Assembly: GCA_036172245.1 (NCBI GenBank)
Contig: JAYWIR010000006.1
Span: forward strand, 2,170,001 to 2,234,000
Origin: Raillietiella orientalis
Lineage: Eukaryota
Direction: 5' to 3'
DNA: 64,000 bases
The notes below the pieces were generated by a model. It had not been told where the DNA came from and did no database searches. It saw only the letters and a program-made list of their open reading frames with translations. This document shows, piece by piece, positions 27,701 through 40,700 of the stretch (its first letter is position 1; each line of letters begins with the position of its first letter). Made by a program: the position numbers and the translations under genes.

Positions 27701-29371
27701 AAAATTGGTAGGAGAATTCGTGGTTCACTGCATTGGTGTCGCTCTTGCAGCAAGAGCATCTGGGGAAGCGAGGCGCCACCCCGACTAAGAAAGCACCCTT
27801 CGGGATGTTCCGGGATCGAAACGACCAAGGATGACTTCCCCGAGTTCTGACGAGATGGCAGCACTGGGAGGAAGGGAGGGGGAGAGACGCGCTGACCTAC
27901 CCCCGCAGGCTGCGCGGGTGAGGGCGTGCAGCGGGAAACATGCTTGCATTGCTGAAGCGACAAAATTTTCGACAGGCCGGCAAGATTAACCACTTAGCGA
28001 AAGAGAGAGAATCAGGAAACCGGAGAAGAACGGAGGAGAAAACTGTCAGAGACGATTCATCAATCAGAGTTTCCCAAACACTCGCTGGAAAGATAGCCTC
28101 TAGGCATCAATGACCGACGAATGCGAAAATTGGTCATAAAGGTGGAAGAGATTGCAGAGTTCAGCCCCGAAGATTCCGTTCTTCTTTCTTTAGAGAGTGT
28201 GCAGACGGCTACCGGGACGGGTGAAAGCAGAGTCCCTCCCAAAGATCAACATGTCTAAGAGGATGAACCTGCACTGCAGAAGAACTCCAAGGGCGTGCAG
28301 CCTCCCTACGATGATCTAGGCTTTAAGACCAGGAAGATGAGGAACCAGAGACGCGCCGAGTGCCTCTACCGGAGGGGCGATATGGTCACGAAGTCACCGC
28401 CGGGAGCAACCATGCGGTGTTCCGGGACACGGGCGGAAAGAAGCCGCAGCTGTGGGGGCGGGAGTCCCCCAGCTCATGCAAGGCCGTCTCCCGTATGACC
28501 TCAGCTTGCGCTTTCTCCACAGCTCGTGATAAACTGACGTCTGGTGACAGGGCGAAAGTATCCTTCGGTAGCAGCAAGCAGCCGGAAGATCCGACCGTTT
28601 CTCCCTCAAGGGTGCCGTCCGTCGAGGGATGGTGCGGACAAGGAGAATGAGGGTCGAAACGCGCAGAGGAGGAAGCCCACCCGATCATGCCTGTAGGGAT
28701 GCTTTCCGGAGACACCCAGGGGAGGGGGTACGTTCGCCCGGGTTCAGGAGAGAATCCCACGCGCGGAACCGGTCAGGAGGAGCCGGAAGAAGCAGGCCGC
28801 TCTCAGCGCCTCCGGCAAGAAGCCCTGGAGACACTATTGGCTGGGACCCGCAAACAGCCCCCATGACACCAGACCTCGAAGATCAACGCCTGGATGCATC
28901 GGGAGTGGGAACGCGGTCTTGGGGACCTCCGATGGGAGAGGGGTCTGCACTCTCGACTCTCCCTCCTCTTCCCCTATCAACGTGCCTCGAAGGTTGCCCT
29001 CGATCTGCTGAAGGAACGACAAGAGGTAGGACGAGACCAGCCGATATGGGCAGCAGCCAATCCGCGGCGCGGAAGAGTCGGGTTTGAGGATCTCTCCCGA
29101 GATCAATGGCGCCCATCTGGTGGGCGAATGCGCGGCCGATTCTGTGAGAGGGCGGAACTTATGAAGGACTGCTCAAGCGCAAAGGTGGGCGTGCTGCAGA
29201 GGCTGCAGCGCTCCTCATTTGAATGGGCGCTGGAATTAAGCGGAGAGCATTTACGCAACCACATCCACACACATCATCCTCGATCTGTCAGAACGTGCAT
29301 GCAGTGACCAACCAGCCCCGTTCGCACGCGTATCATCCTCATTCGTATTCTTGACCGTATCTACGCTCTTG

Positions 29372-29630
29372 AACCACACTCCAAAATCCGTTAACCACTC
29401 CGAGGTTTTTTTTAGTTGTCATGAGACATCTCAGGTATTCCGACGTTCGTTATCTACTCTGACGTTCGCCAGCCACTCCGAAGTTTTTTTGCCACTCTGG
29501 AGTTTGTAAATCACTCTGATGTTCTTGATCCACTCTGGGGTGGTCTACCCACTCTGACGTTCGTCAGTCACTCTAAGGGTTTTCATCTACTCTGGGATTT
29601 TTTTAGCCACTCTAACGTTCGTTAACCACA
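29372..29630. repeat. 19-bp minisatellite, consensus about CCACTCTGACGTTCGTTAA
   Basis: About a dozen head-to-tail units; the (C)ACTCTG part is conserved and the rest varies. Confidence 0.85.
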
Positions 29631-30473
29631 ATTGTATTTTTCTATCACTTTCGTTGTGGTTGGCCCCTCGCGTGCGCTCTTTCGCTCCTCTGACGCGCCA
29701 AAATGCTGCTGGCGTCGCGGCGACAATGACGGCACTGTTGAACGGCCGGACGGTCACTTTCCGGTGTGGAGCTGCCCTACGCGCGAGCGTGGGGAGGAAG
29801 AAGGTCCATTCCCGACGTCAGAATTTAAAAAAAGCCGCCTTCAGATTCCGCTGGTCAGGTCGCCTCGTAGACTAGCTAGACCAGCCCACTCGAGGGGAGC
29901 CCCGACCCGAGGATGCGACCTCAGGGGACTTCCCGCAGGAGACGTGGCACAGGATCTCTGGGAGAGCTCCACTGGGAAGGTGGGGCGAGAAAGAAAAGAC
30001 TGAAAACCGGCGAAGGCGGGATCTGCGAAGGCAACGGACTCTTCACGGGGAGGGGTGAGGGTCTCCCCGTCTCGGAAAAGGGACGCGGAGACGCCTCCCT
30101 CTTTCTCCCCTAGGCGGACCGGAAGCTAACCGCTTCTTGCGGAAGCAACCACGTGCCTCCGAGCAGGTGAGGGAGAATATCATGGGAGCCCAGTCGGTCC
30201 CTCCTCCCCGTCGGTGACTTCTCATGAAAGGGGTCTCCTCCCGCGACCTCTAAGGAGAAGGGATCACCTGAGGAGCAGCAGGAGAAGGAAGGGCGTTCGG
30301 CATGGACGGGCATCCGTGACCGCTGCTGGGATGAGTAGAGGGGAGGGGAGAGAGTGTTGTCACTGAGAGCGACCGTGAGGCGAGTGGGGAGATGCTGCGA
30401 GAGGCCATTATCAGTAAATGCCCTCTTCCTCTCTCCCTGTTTTCCTCTCCCTCCATCTCCTCTTCGTCTTCCT

Positions 30474-30514
30474 ATTCATCGTCATCATCATCATCATCAG
30501 CAGCAGCAGCAGCA
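30474..30514. repeat. (ATC)n(AGC)n microsatellite
   Basis: Directly visible. Confidence 0.9.
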
Positions 30515-30789
30515 GAGTCACGATCCCTCTTCTTCTCTCTTCTCCATCTCTGGTCTTTTCCCGTGATCCCGTCGGTTGGGGAGACTGCAGACGGGGAGGC
30601 GGCGCTCTGCGGAGGTGTTGCTGGACGCGAGAGCTCCACCCGTGCTGGACCCAAAAGTGAGCCGATTGTGGAGAATTCGTTGGGCAATGGATTGCCCAGC
30701 CTACTTTCCCCCCATAGCGTTCCATAACGTCAGTTGAGGTCCTCTTCGCTCTGAGCGGTTCGCTCAGCACTTAAGAATCGTTCGCCTGG

Positions 30790-31485
30790 AGGCTCACGAA
30801 GCTCTCTGGCACCATCCATTTCACCCGAGAGAGCGTGTCACTCTACAAGTTATAGGGGGCGCCCCGGCAGTGGACCGTCCTATGAATCCAGAAAGGAGTC
30901 CGTTCCTCCTACGCTTGTTAGAGGAACCCCGAAGGGAATCTTCCACCCTGGTCGCCTCCGAAGGGAACCACCAAGGTACGGACGAGGGACCCAAGGTTTG
31001 TGGGCTCCTCGTTTCTTCTCCGAAGGGAATTCGAAAAAGACCCGCTCCTGGAATTTCTTCTCCGGAGGGAACCCTCAAGGGAACCGCTCTTCGTTTCCTC
31101 CTCCTCTGAAGAGAACTCCGAAGGGATTAGAGCGCTTCTTACACTCTGGACGGGCAATCCCCCGGGGGGAGTATCAACCAGCTCCAAGGCAACAGATCCG
31201 TTTTCACAGCCGGAAGGGAATCCCGAAGGGCTCCTTGATTCCTGGAAGGACCTTGAAAGGTCGACTTCCAATCCCGGAGGCCGGTCAACGAGGCATCCAG
31301 TTTCCGACTGCTTCTAACAATGCCGCACCTGAAGACAACCGAGGCCAGCCAGCGTCATCCTGCTGGGGGAAGACTCAAAAAAAAAACATGATGCACCCCC
31401 CATTTTTTGGCGTCGATCCTCCACGTGGAGATTCGAACTCGCGACGCTTGGCGCCACAAGCGCAGACCGCAGCTACCACGGCCTC
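30790..31485 (-). mobile_element. Interspersed repeat family A, long uninterrupted copy (~700 bp)
   Basis: Reverse complement reads B-box-like GAGTTCGAATCTCC (31427-31440)...GATGACGCTGGCTGGCC...GGAAGTCGACC...TCCGGAGAAGAAATTCC...CCCCCTATAACTTGTAGAGT(G/T)ACACGC; collinear with 33383-35030 after removing that copy's two insertions. Confidence 0.8.
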
Positions 31486-33511
31486 CAACACGGGCCCAGC
31501 CAGTGGGAAAAACAGCGACGGCGACTGCCTTCAGTGGACCGCTTCCCCGGGTCACTCCTCTGAAGCGACCTGATCGGTTGCTCTCTTTTTCCTCATGCCG
31601 ATAACCCGCCCTTTCCAGCTCGCTGAACATCCCAACCACTTCTGAGCGACAAGAGAGGTCATTCCAAGACCTCAGAGGGGTCTCCTCCTACGCTCGTGAT
31701 ATCAGCAATGCGTGCTGGCTCCAGGTGTGACTTCAGGAACCTCCGCTGCAGGCGATGTCGTTTCCTCTGTATTCAGCAGAATTCACGTCTCTAAAGGAGA
31801 TTCTCCGTCCCTTTTCCTTCCGAAAGTCCACATCACCTTTGCCCATCCAGACGCGCGCCCCACCCAGCTTCCAAGAGACCCCGATACCGCCACTGGATCC
31901 GACGGACGCCAATACGAAATTCCCCCGACTTCTCAACAGCCAGCGCGACGCTTGCGTTCTCCCCTTCTGACCACTGGCTAGCAGTGTCCTCGAGGGAGAT
32001 GGCTCTCGCCCACGTTCAGTGGCGAAGAGTGACGCACTGCTCCCAGAAAGACCGGAACTCCTGGGTCTTTGGGATCGCCCCAAGACGCCACGCATCCCGT
32101 GGCAGGATGGTCCCCAGTCTGACATGTGACGAGGAGTATCCACCAAACAACATCCACCCAGCAGCAGCATCCACTCCTTGCAGGCACACTGCACTCCATG
32201 CTCCTGCATGGAAAGCTTCAGGGCGCTGAGCGTCACTCTCTGCAGTTACCTCCGGAGTTGCCCTCTGGGACGGTATCGCTACTGGTCTCCGCAGGGCATT
32301 TCACTCACTTGAGCGGCACCCGCCGCCTCCTTCCAGAGACCGGTGGCGGTATGTCCGGGTGGGTCGCTCTGCCGTAGTTCTCGACCCCAGTCTTCCTCTT
32401 CGGAACTCTTTGCTGGACGGTAGCAGCAGCATGCACTCTGTTTCCTGTGTTCTACAACCCATGGCAGGAAAAGCAGTCACCGAACTTGAAATCCTCGAGG
32501 CAAGACCCAGCTTCTATTCAGGGGAAATAACGAAACAAAAAACCTGACCATGTGGGAGCAGGCCCCTCCCATCCCATGCGCCGCATCATCGCACTCACGT
32601 GTGTTCAGCTCTTCCTCGGACGCTGGCAACTGGAGTTGCTTCGATTTATTTCAGTACACTCGCATCCCTGCAGCATCAGATGTGGTGCATCTCGACGTCA
32701 TCGGAAGCGGAGCTCTGTTAATACCCGCGCTGGTACAAAGAAACCCGCCGTCTTTGGATACAACCCGCTTGTGCAGAAAAAGGGGGGAAGGGGAGAGAAA
32801 AAACATCGCTGTGTGCGTTTCAGACGTGTGGGTCAGCGAGCCCGTTTGATGCGGTTTCCCCGAGCGACCGAAGAATCGCATCGTTCCTGGTGCCAGACGT
32901 CACAGCTGCATTGAGGCGTTTCCCATGCCGCATTGATTCCCATCTGCAAATTGGGAGCTCTGCTTATTATCCTCTTATCATACTGATTATCTTCAATCCT
33001 CAGATAATCAGCATCCCCCTCCCCTCCCCTCCCCTCCCTCCCTCCAAAAAAAACAAAAAACAAGAGGGTTTGGATCGTGAACATCGAAGACGTGTCCTTC
33101 GAAGTCACCGCCAAAGAACAGTCACACCGGCAGCCTCCCAACAGTAGCCTCCTGCGCGCGCCTGGATGGAGAAGGAGCCCTCTCGACTGTACCAGGAGTC
33201 ACGATGCCTCGATGGGCCACGTCGAAGACGCGACGCGCGGGGTCTGTGTGGGGTCCAGCTCGGGCTGCCAAAGATCACGTCGCCGCCACCCCAGCTTGCT
33301 CCCAGGACACCCGCGTCACTGAGTCGAACGACTGCCGAGCTCTTGAAAGCACTCCAGCAGCGTGTCAGAAGACTCTAGAGTCCGTGTGGCTGCAGCCATT
33401 GCGCACAGTACAACGCGTCGCGGGTTCGAATCCCCAAGTAGAGAGAATCCGACTCTAAGAAGTAGGGGGTGCGTCGTGGGCTTCAAGTTCCCCCCGCAAG
33501 ATGACGCTGGT

Positions 33512-33814
33512 GGTAATCGACTCACTGGGCTTCACTCCTACCGGCGCTGCGAAAGTTGGGCAGCAAGTGCCACTCGGCAGACGAAGCCCATCCTAGCCGA
33601 GGACGTTTCCTAGGATACGTTTCATTCAAAAAAGAAAAAAGACGAGGAAAAAATAAAGAAGGGGAGAAGAAAAGACTTTCTCCAAGCAAGTACCATCCCG
33701 TCGACTGTTGCCTCATTTATCCGCCTTGTCGCGATGTCATCCAGGAAGATGATGCTGATCTGCGGTCTGGGAGAAGCGGTCGCTTTCTGGATGCTTCCTG
33801 TGGCTGTTTGTGTG
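33512..33814. mobile_element. 303-bp insertion flanked by 9-bp direct repeat GACGCTGGT
   Basis: GACGCTGGT at 33503-33511 and 33815-33823; the other family-A copies carry this site once (empty site, e.g. 2825). No terminal inverted repeats or terminal poly-A. Confidence 0.7.
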
Positions 33815-34229
33815 GACGCTGGTTGGCCTGATCGGGTGTGGCACTGGTGGAAACCGGAAACCGGATGCCCCACTGACTGGCCTGGATTGGAAGTGGACCC
33901 TCCGGAGTCCTCCTAGGAACCAAGGAGTCAGTTCCCTTCGGGTTCCCCTCTAGTTGTGAAAATGGACCCGTCCCCCTTTCAGGGGGGCCCTCCATTTCAT
34001 ACCATGGAACCGGTGGATCGATGCCTCTCCAGGGCATGAGGAAGCGCTCTGCTCCCTTTGGGAGCAACCCTTCAGAAAAAATTTGAAAGCGTCCCTTCGG
34101 GGAACGACCTTCAGATGAGGAAACATGAAGCGGTTCCCTCGCGGGTGTCCTCCGGAGAAGAAATTCCTTTCCGGGTTCCCTTCGGAGAAGAAATAATGGA
34201 CTGGCCCCCTCCAGGGGGTCCCTCTAGAG

Positions 34230-34797
34230 CAGAGGTTCCCAAACCACGGCCCGCGGGCAACTTATGGCCCGTCTGCTTTCAGAAAGTGGCCCGCGAAGCC
34301 AGTTGAAGGTGAAGAACTCACCTTCAGACCATATGATCTCATTCTGGCGACTATTGCCTGTCGAACAATTTGAACCCTTGAGTTCATTTGCACAAAGATA
34401 TGTTCACACAAAGATCTGTCGTTTTGGTTCGACTTATAGATGAGAGCAGTCATTTTCCGCAATGACAATTATAAAAAACAAGCAACGTTCCCGACTCACT
34501 GACGCTGCGCTTATAACTTTAGGCACGACAGCTTTGTGCCCAGACATTGATAAATTGGCATCTGAACTTCAGTAACTTGTGGTGAAGAACAGTTACAATT
34601 GTAAATTAATAATTTATAGCGGTTTTCAAAACTGATTTAAAATTGTTAAGTTTTAGAATTTGGTTGCTGAAAGTTAAGAATGATATTGCACGACTTTTAT
34701 AACTTTATAAACATTGATAATTTTAAAACGTTGTGGCCCGCTTAAGTACTGAAAATGGTAGATATGGCCCTCTACTTGAAAAGCTTGGGAACCACTG
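34230..34797. mobile_element. Non-autonomous hAT DNA transposon (MITE), Charlie/Buster type, 568 bp
   Basis: TIRs CAGAGGTTCCCAAAC and CAGTGGTTCCCAAGC (13/15 match); 8-bp TSD CTCTAGAG (34222-34229) / CTCTGGAG (34798-34805) with central TA in the left copy; subterminal GGCCCGCGGG; AT-rich non-coding interior; absent from the paralogous host copy. Confidence 0.92.
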
Positions 34798-37700
34798 CTC
34801 TGGAGAGAATAAGGGAGGAGGTTCCCTTTGGAGTGCCCTTAGAAGGCAACCAGGGTGCGGGTTCCCTTCGGGATTCCTTTCCGCATGAGGTAGGAACGGA
34901 CTCTTCTCCGGAGCCCTTCCTGAATTCAAGGGGTGGTCCCTTCCCCGGGGTACCCCCTATAACTTGTAGAGTTAACACGCACCCTCGGGTGGCGTGGGCA
35001 GCGTCAAAGAGCTGCGTGAACCCCTAAGGAGAAGGGACCAAAAAAAAAAGCTGGAAGGAAAACAGGGAAAACAGGCAAGATGCTCGAAGGAAAAAACGGA
35101 AACTTTGTGCCCTCCCTTTCGTTCTCGGGAACCCAAAGCGTCAGCTCGCCGGGTTACCGTCGGAGGGTCACTGGAATCTTGGGATTCCAAGAACGGCGGG
35201 AATATGAAACTTCGGGGGCTTTCGTCTCTGTCAATTGAGAGAACGGAATGCTTACGTGGAAGAAAAAGGGTGCTGAGTTTTTACGTTTTCCCTTCGTCTT
35301 CATGTCCTTTCTAACTTCCTGATCTGTCCTCATGAAGTTGTGGTGTCATTTCCAAGAGTCCTCCTTCCACATGCACATCAGTTGGTACCAGTTCTTCTCG
35401 TATGCCGATGTTCCAAACGATTCTTCTTCCAGTGTATAAGCCTAGCGTATGTCACGGCCATGTTGGATGCTCAAGGCTGTCGTAAGGCGCCTCATTCTGT
35501 CGGGATACAGCTTCTGGATCCTCGTCACCCCAAGAACTTTCAGGAACGTAAGCGAACTAGCTCAGCAAAATGATGGGGATCGTGTGACATCCAGTACCAC
35601 AGGGACATCTACCGGGCGCATGGGCTAGCGCTCTCCAAACAGCCAAGCGCAGATCTGCATAGTCCAAGCACCGGAAGGAGACACAAGAACATCTTGCAAG
35701 AAGGAGAACCGGCGACGTTCCTGGTCTCACGAAGCGGCGAAATCCATCCAGGCATACGTGGAGGTGCAATGCGGAAGACCTCCGGTGCCCAGAGATGCGT
35801 TCACTCCAACGGGGTGTTCGAATCCCGGAGACGAACGCTCCCAGCAAAGCCTTCATTCCATGATGGAATGTCTCCCCCCCCCTTTGTGCATCCATCATCT
35901 CTAACCACGGCGAATCCGAGCAGGTGGAGGACACCGTGGAAAATCCCTCCTTTGCGTTCCTTCCCACATTCGGAGTGAGATGAAACTGTTCTGGTTCCCT
36001 TCGATAAGTTGCTGCGATTTCTTGAGCAGGATGGCGTCAGTATCCTCTAATAGTTCGAAGCAGGGATGACAGGAATTCAAAATTCACCCTCATTCTTTTC
36101 AGAGGTGGGTAGGGTGAGGGATGGAGGGATCAACTGATCCTTACCCCACCCTACTGTTTTCCTTCACTTAAAAATCAGGACTTGGGGGCGTAACAGGAAG
36201 GTCACTTGAATGGAATTTAAGCAGGTTCCCAGCGTCCCTCAGAACGCGAGACCTTCCCCCCTCTGAGCGCTAATCCATTTACAAATACATCGTGAGGTTT
36301 CGTGAGAGCAGACGCGAACGCAGCCACTGCAGCGTGGTGAAACCGCAACCTCCGGTCACGTCAAGGCGTCCCTGAACGAGTGATAGGCAGTCATCTGTGC
36401 ACCGAAGCGGAATCTACTCGAGGGGGGTGGAGGGGGGTCGCCTCGAGTGGTTGATGGAACGGCTTCCGAGAGCGCGGACCAGTGGACGACAAATGCTATG
36501 GAAGCGATCTCGGTTCAGAAAAAAATGGAAAAGTGGACGGACGGGATCGAAGAGCGTTGCTGCTGCACTTTGATCTTTGCTGCCAAAAGGCCGAGAAGCG
36601 AAGATCTTTGATGCAGGAGCGCGCGCGAGCGCCGGCGCTTCTCCAGGACGCTTCGCGAGAAGGCAACTGGATAACCTAACAAGACGGAACCGATGCAAAA
36701 CGACCCCGAGTGGCATCAAATGGCAACCAAGACGTGCGGTGTCGAAAGATGTTCTCAGGACGCCTGAGGACCACCCGTGAATTTTCATCGAGCGAGACGT
36801 GGTACACAATGCCAGTACAAAAGATGATTTGACTGCCGATCAAAATTCCGAAGGACCATAAAAAAATAAACACGGGTGCTTATTCTACGTAGATTACTAC
36901 ACAAATTCATTTTAATATACATAGTGATTCATATTTGTTAACACATATATTGTTAGCAGTAATATCATTGGAGCAGATATATTTATTAAGACTCAGTGAC
37001 ATACATTTTATCAATGAAATTAATAAGCTATTGATTAGATTGCTTATCTATATATATATCAACTTGATAATTTATTTAATCAGCTATATATATATATATC
37101 ACAGGTTACAGAAAATAAACATATGTGCTCATTATGTATAATCTACGTAGAATAAGCATACATGTGTAGCTCTTATGATCTTTCTGGATTTTGAACCAGA
37201 CCCGAGATGACCGCATCGTGCTTCTCCGAGGAGAAGAGAAGCGGCTCCCTGAATTCCTTGAAAAGAGAAAAGGAGAAAAGAAAGAAAAAGTTTTGTTTTC
37301 GTCTGAGTGCGACTTTTGGATGGATGCAGTTGGGCGCCGGTTCCCAAGTCGGTGGTCGTGATCTTTCACGCACCACGAAGAACGCTCCACGCCTCCACTT
37401 CGAGGGAAGGCTTCCCTCTGACTCGAGACGCCACGTAGCTGAGGGGGGTACGCGGCAACCTTCCAGAGAGATCAAGTACTGAGATGATTGCACGGTGGCC
37501 TTTTAAAAAAGCATCATAATATAAAATAAAATAAAATAAAAAGCCGTTCACGTGACCATTTTCCCCGCGTTCCTCTCAGGGCGGGCAATGCTTTACTTCT
37601 GTGTCTGTACGATTCCAGAGCAATAAAGTCTACAGACTTTGGCTTATAATCCTTCATCTTCGACACAGATGGAGAGAATCCATGGAATATGTAGAGCCCT

Positions 37701-40700
37701 ACTGTTGCAGTTGTGCGTATTGTCCCAAATTTGCTTTAAACAAAATCTGTTCTTGTCTCAGCTTAATATCTGATGTGCCACCTGTCTGGTGGCCAGCCTA
37801 TTAAACTACTTTTTGGGAGGTGGAGAGGATGTCTGGAGCTTGCTCCTGGAGCTTCCTCTCCTGTCTCCTTTTTGGAAGTGCGCTCAGAGGAACTGCGACC
37901 TCTGCAGGCTTCCTACGCAAACCACTGGGAGATCTCCTGCAGGATTGGACGCAATGGTCCCGGTTATCCATCCTACCCTTTGCTGAAGCACTGTTTGCCC
38001 TCAGGACAAGCAATGACATCAGTCAACCGGCGGGATGGGAGTTATCCTGCAACATTGCAGGAACCAAAGAACTCCTGGACGGCTCCAAGATGAGCGAGTG
38101 AGCGTCGCCATTCCTCGTTGCTGGGCAAAGGGACTCCTTAGTTGTTTGAGTGCAGTGACTTGCGAGACTCTCTTCGGCACTCCGTCAACCCCAAAACACT
38201 GCCACCAACCTGCTGCGGCGCTTCTTCACCGGATGCGGGCTGGAGAAAGGCACCGTGGTCGCAACGAGATGTTGCATCCGTGCCATAGCGACAGTCCGCC
38301 ATGTGCAAGTTCGCGGTGAAGAGAGGCCACCAGCATGACAGTAGCCTTCATGAGGTAGCAGCAAGGTGACCTCACCTGGTAGAAGTCGCCAGGGAGATAG
38401 CCATCATCCAGAGTCGCTTCTAGAAGGAAAGGAACATCTTAAACCAAAGTTCTCTGTCCCCACTCTTCCTCTTTTTTTTTTTTTTTATTTATTGTCCCCT
38501 CCTTCCGTTCCCTACTTTTCGAAAGCCGGCCTGCGTGTCATTGGTCATCCCTGAAGAACTTTTTTTGTGTGTGTGTTTTTGACTTTTTCTTGTTTCTTTT
38601 GAGGGATACTCTTCTTCCCCTCAAACTTGTGCTTTATTTTGTTTTTGCAAAATAAACACCCTGGCGCGACCTGGATAAAACTTCTTCGCGAGTCGACCCG
38701 GTGTGGCAGTACCCCCTGGGGTTGGCTCACTACTCTCCTTTAAGGGAGGGCCTCCACACAATCGCAAAGATCCACGTCGCGTGCTGTTCCGGAGCAGCAG
38801 TTTGCTGCACTGGATGTCGGATGTGAAAGCTGTGACGACAACGAATCGATTTCTCCCGACTGCTAACAGGAAGTGCACGGACAGTTTCGTCTTCTTTTTC
38901 CTGAAAGCCTTCCTTTCTGAAAGTGCATGACAGAATACGCTGCATTTGATACCACGGGCAATATGAACACAGGAAGGAATGCAGCCAGCCCAATTAGGGA
39001 GAAGCAGCGATGGGTGGAAACCAACATGACTGCCATGTGGAAAGCTCGACTTCATCTCTCCTTCCCTGTGCCCGATGTATGCCGAAGCTGACCATTCGAT
39101 CGATCAATGTCAACTCTAGAGTCATCTGAAACAGTGGGGTAGCTGCTCACAAAGATGCTGGAGACCGTCCTGCAACCCACGGTATCTCTAACGAGCAATG
39201 GAAACGAAACGGTGAAAGTTTTCCAGGGCATCGCCCTTGGAAACCCGATTCATGGTTCAGAAGTTTCAGGAATGATGCCAACCTTAAAAGAGCTACTGCC
39301 CAGATGCAGTCTTCCGCAACAACAGCGTCAATCCTTACGGGAAAAAAAATAAAGAGTTGAGAATGTCCCACGAGCGTTCGTAAAGCAAAATGAGTTTTTC
39401 ACCAAGTCCTCCTCGTTCTACGATCATCAATCCCACCGGTTCCAGAGAATCAGATTGATCATGCACACATACCTCCTCCTGCTGGACACCCAGGATGAAG
39501 TCGGTCAATGCACGTACGAGAAAAGGGGTAAAAAGAACAAAAAAAAGGGGCTTCGTTTCGAATGCTGGCGTCTTCTTGGTCTCGTGATACATGCCTTGTA
39601 CAGAGGTCTACTTTCGATTCTCGAAGTACTGAGGAAATTAATAAAGTTGCAGAGAGTTGCAGCCCCCGTTGGTCCTGATTTCAATAAAGGCCATGAATCT
39701 TCCGTCTGGTTGATGATTTAACGATTTTCCGATATTTGCTGATTCTCTGGCTTCGCCTTACATGTAAATCTTGCTGGTCCCCTCTTGCATGACCCGTGCT
39801 CCAACACACCATCCTTTTCTCTCTGTCGTGTTCTTCCTAATCTGGCAGTAATATCGTTTGCACTTCGAACCAAAGGGACCGAAACCGAACTTCTTCCTTG
39901 TGCAGACGTGCCTCCTGTCTGATGAGGGACTCTCGAATTCATGGGAATCCCTCAAGGGAAACAATGAGAACGCTCTTACAAGAAGGAACGAATGCGTCGA
40001 AACATAGGATAACTTCATTGAATTCATTTGCAATGCTGTAACACATTTAGGGTAAAGTCTGGGGAAGCTCCTCATCGAGGAAAGACGTGTCTATCCCAGA
40101 ACGAATATACCCATGCAAAGACACAGAATTCGCAAGTGGGCTAATATTATGCGCTGCATTCACGAAGGAAAATTCCATCTATTCGTGGTTGCCATGACTT
40201 CACTGGAAAAATTCAAAGTCATTACTACGCGCGTTTTGTTAATTTCTTACAAATATGGAATGACGTTAATCCCACTCACATGTTTCGACAAAGATCTGAA
40301 CTAACCACAAAGATTCTAAGCTGGAGCAAAATGCAAATTCCACGCTCTCCGATATGTTGGTTGCATATTACACTGGCAAGATGCTTCTCTCGAATCTTCT
40401 GCAAACGATGAATCCAAAGCAAAAGTAATTATAATATGAAATATGAAGGGTAGCCAATGAATGGGAAGGCTACTTTTGTGCAGAATACTGAGTAGGAGGG
40501 ACTTTTGATTCATACTGCTTCGAGGCAATCCGAAGACAAGAAATATTTCACCACAGGTGATGAAATAGACGACAATAGATGAAACAGAACTGAAGTATTC
40601 CAAGATCTCCTTGAAATGCTTCAGTTCAATATTTAACGCTGCGGCAGAGTAAGTCAAAACATTTCAACAAGACGAAGATACGGAGAATAGCGATGTTAAT

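Larger units (their letters stand above)
33383..35030 (+). mobile_element. Interspersed repeat family A, long copy interrupted by two nested insertions
   Basis: B-box GGTTCGAATCC at 33423-33433 with an A-box-like TGGCTGCAG about 35 nt upstream; body matches the 30790-31485 copy on both sides of the insertions at 33512-33814 and 34230-34797. Confidence 0.8.

Noticed and set aside
29372..29630. CRISPR-like appearance of the 19-bp array (also 6535-6752)
   Set aside because: Eukaryotic context, conserved part too short, intervening sequences related to each other, no cas genes.
34105..34130. CAGATGAGGAAAC resembling a hammerhead ribozyme core in family A
   Set aside because: Lacks the CUGANGA consensus and is not conserved in the paralogous copy.
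1..36700. Hundreds of overlapping ORFs, up to ~370 aa, in the GC-rich region
   Set aside because: Arg/Pro/Gly/Ser-rich, open on several frames at once, no recognisable domains; expected from stop-codon scarcity at high GC.
37820..38101. Peptide DWTQW...LPFAEALFALRTS reminiscent of a gypsy integrase C-terminal segment
   Set aside because: No DDE or HHCC motifs and no neighbouring pol domains found.
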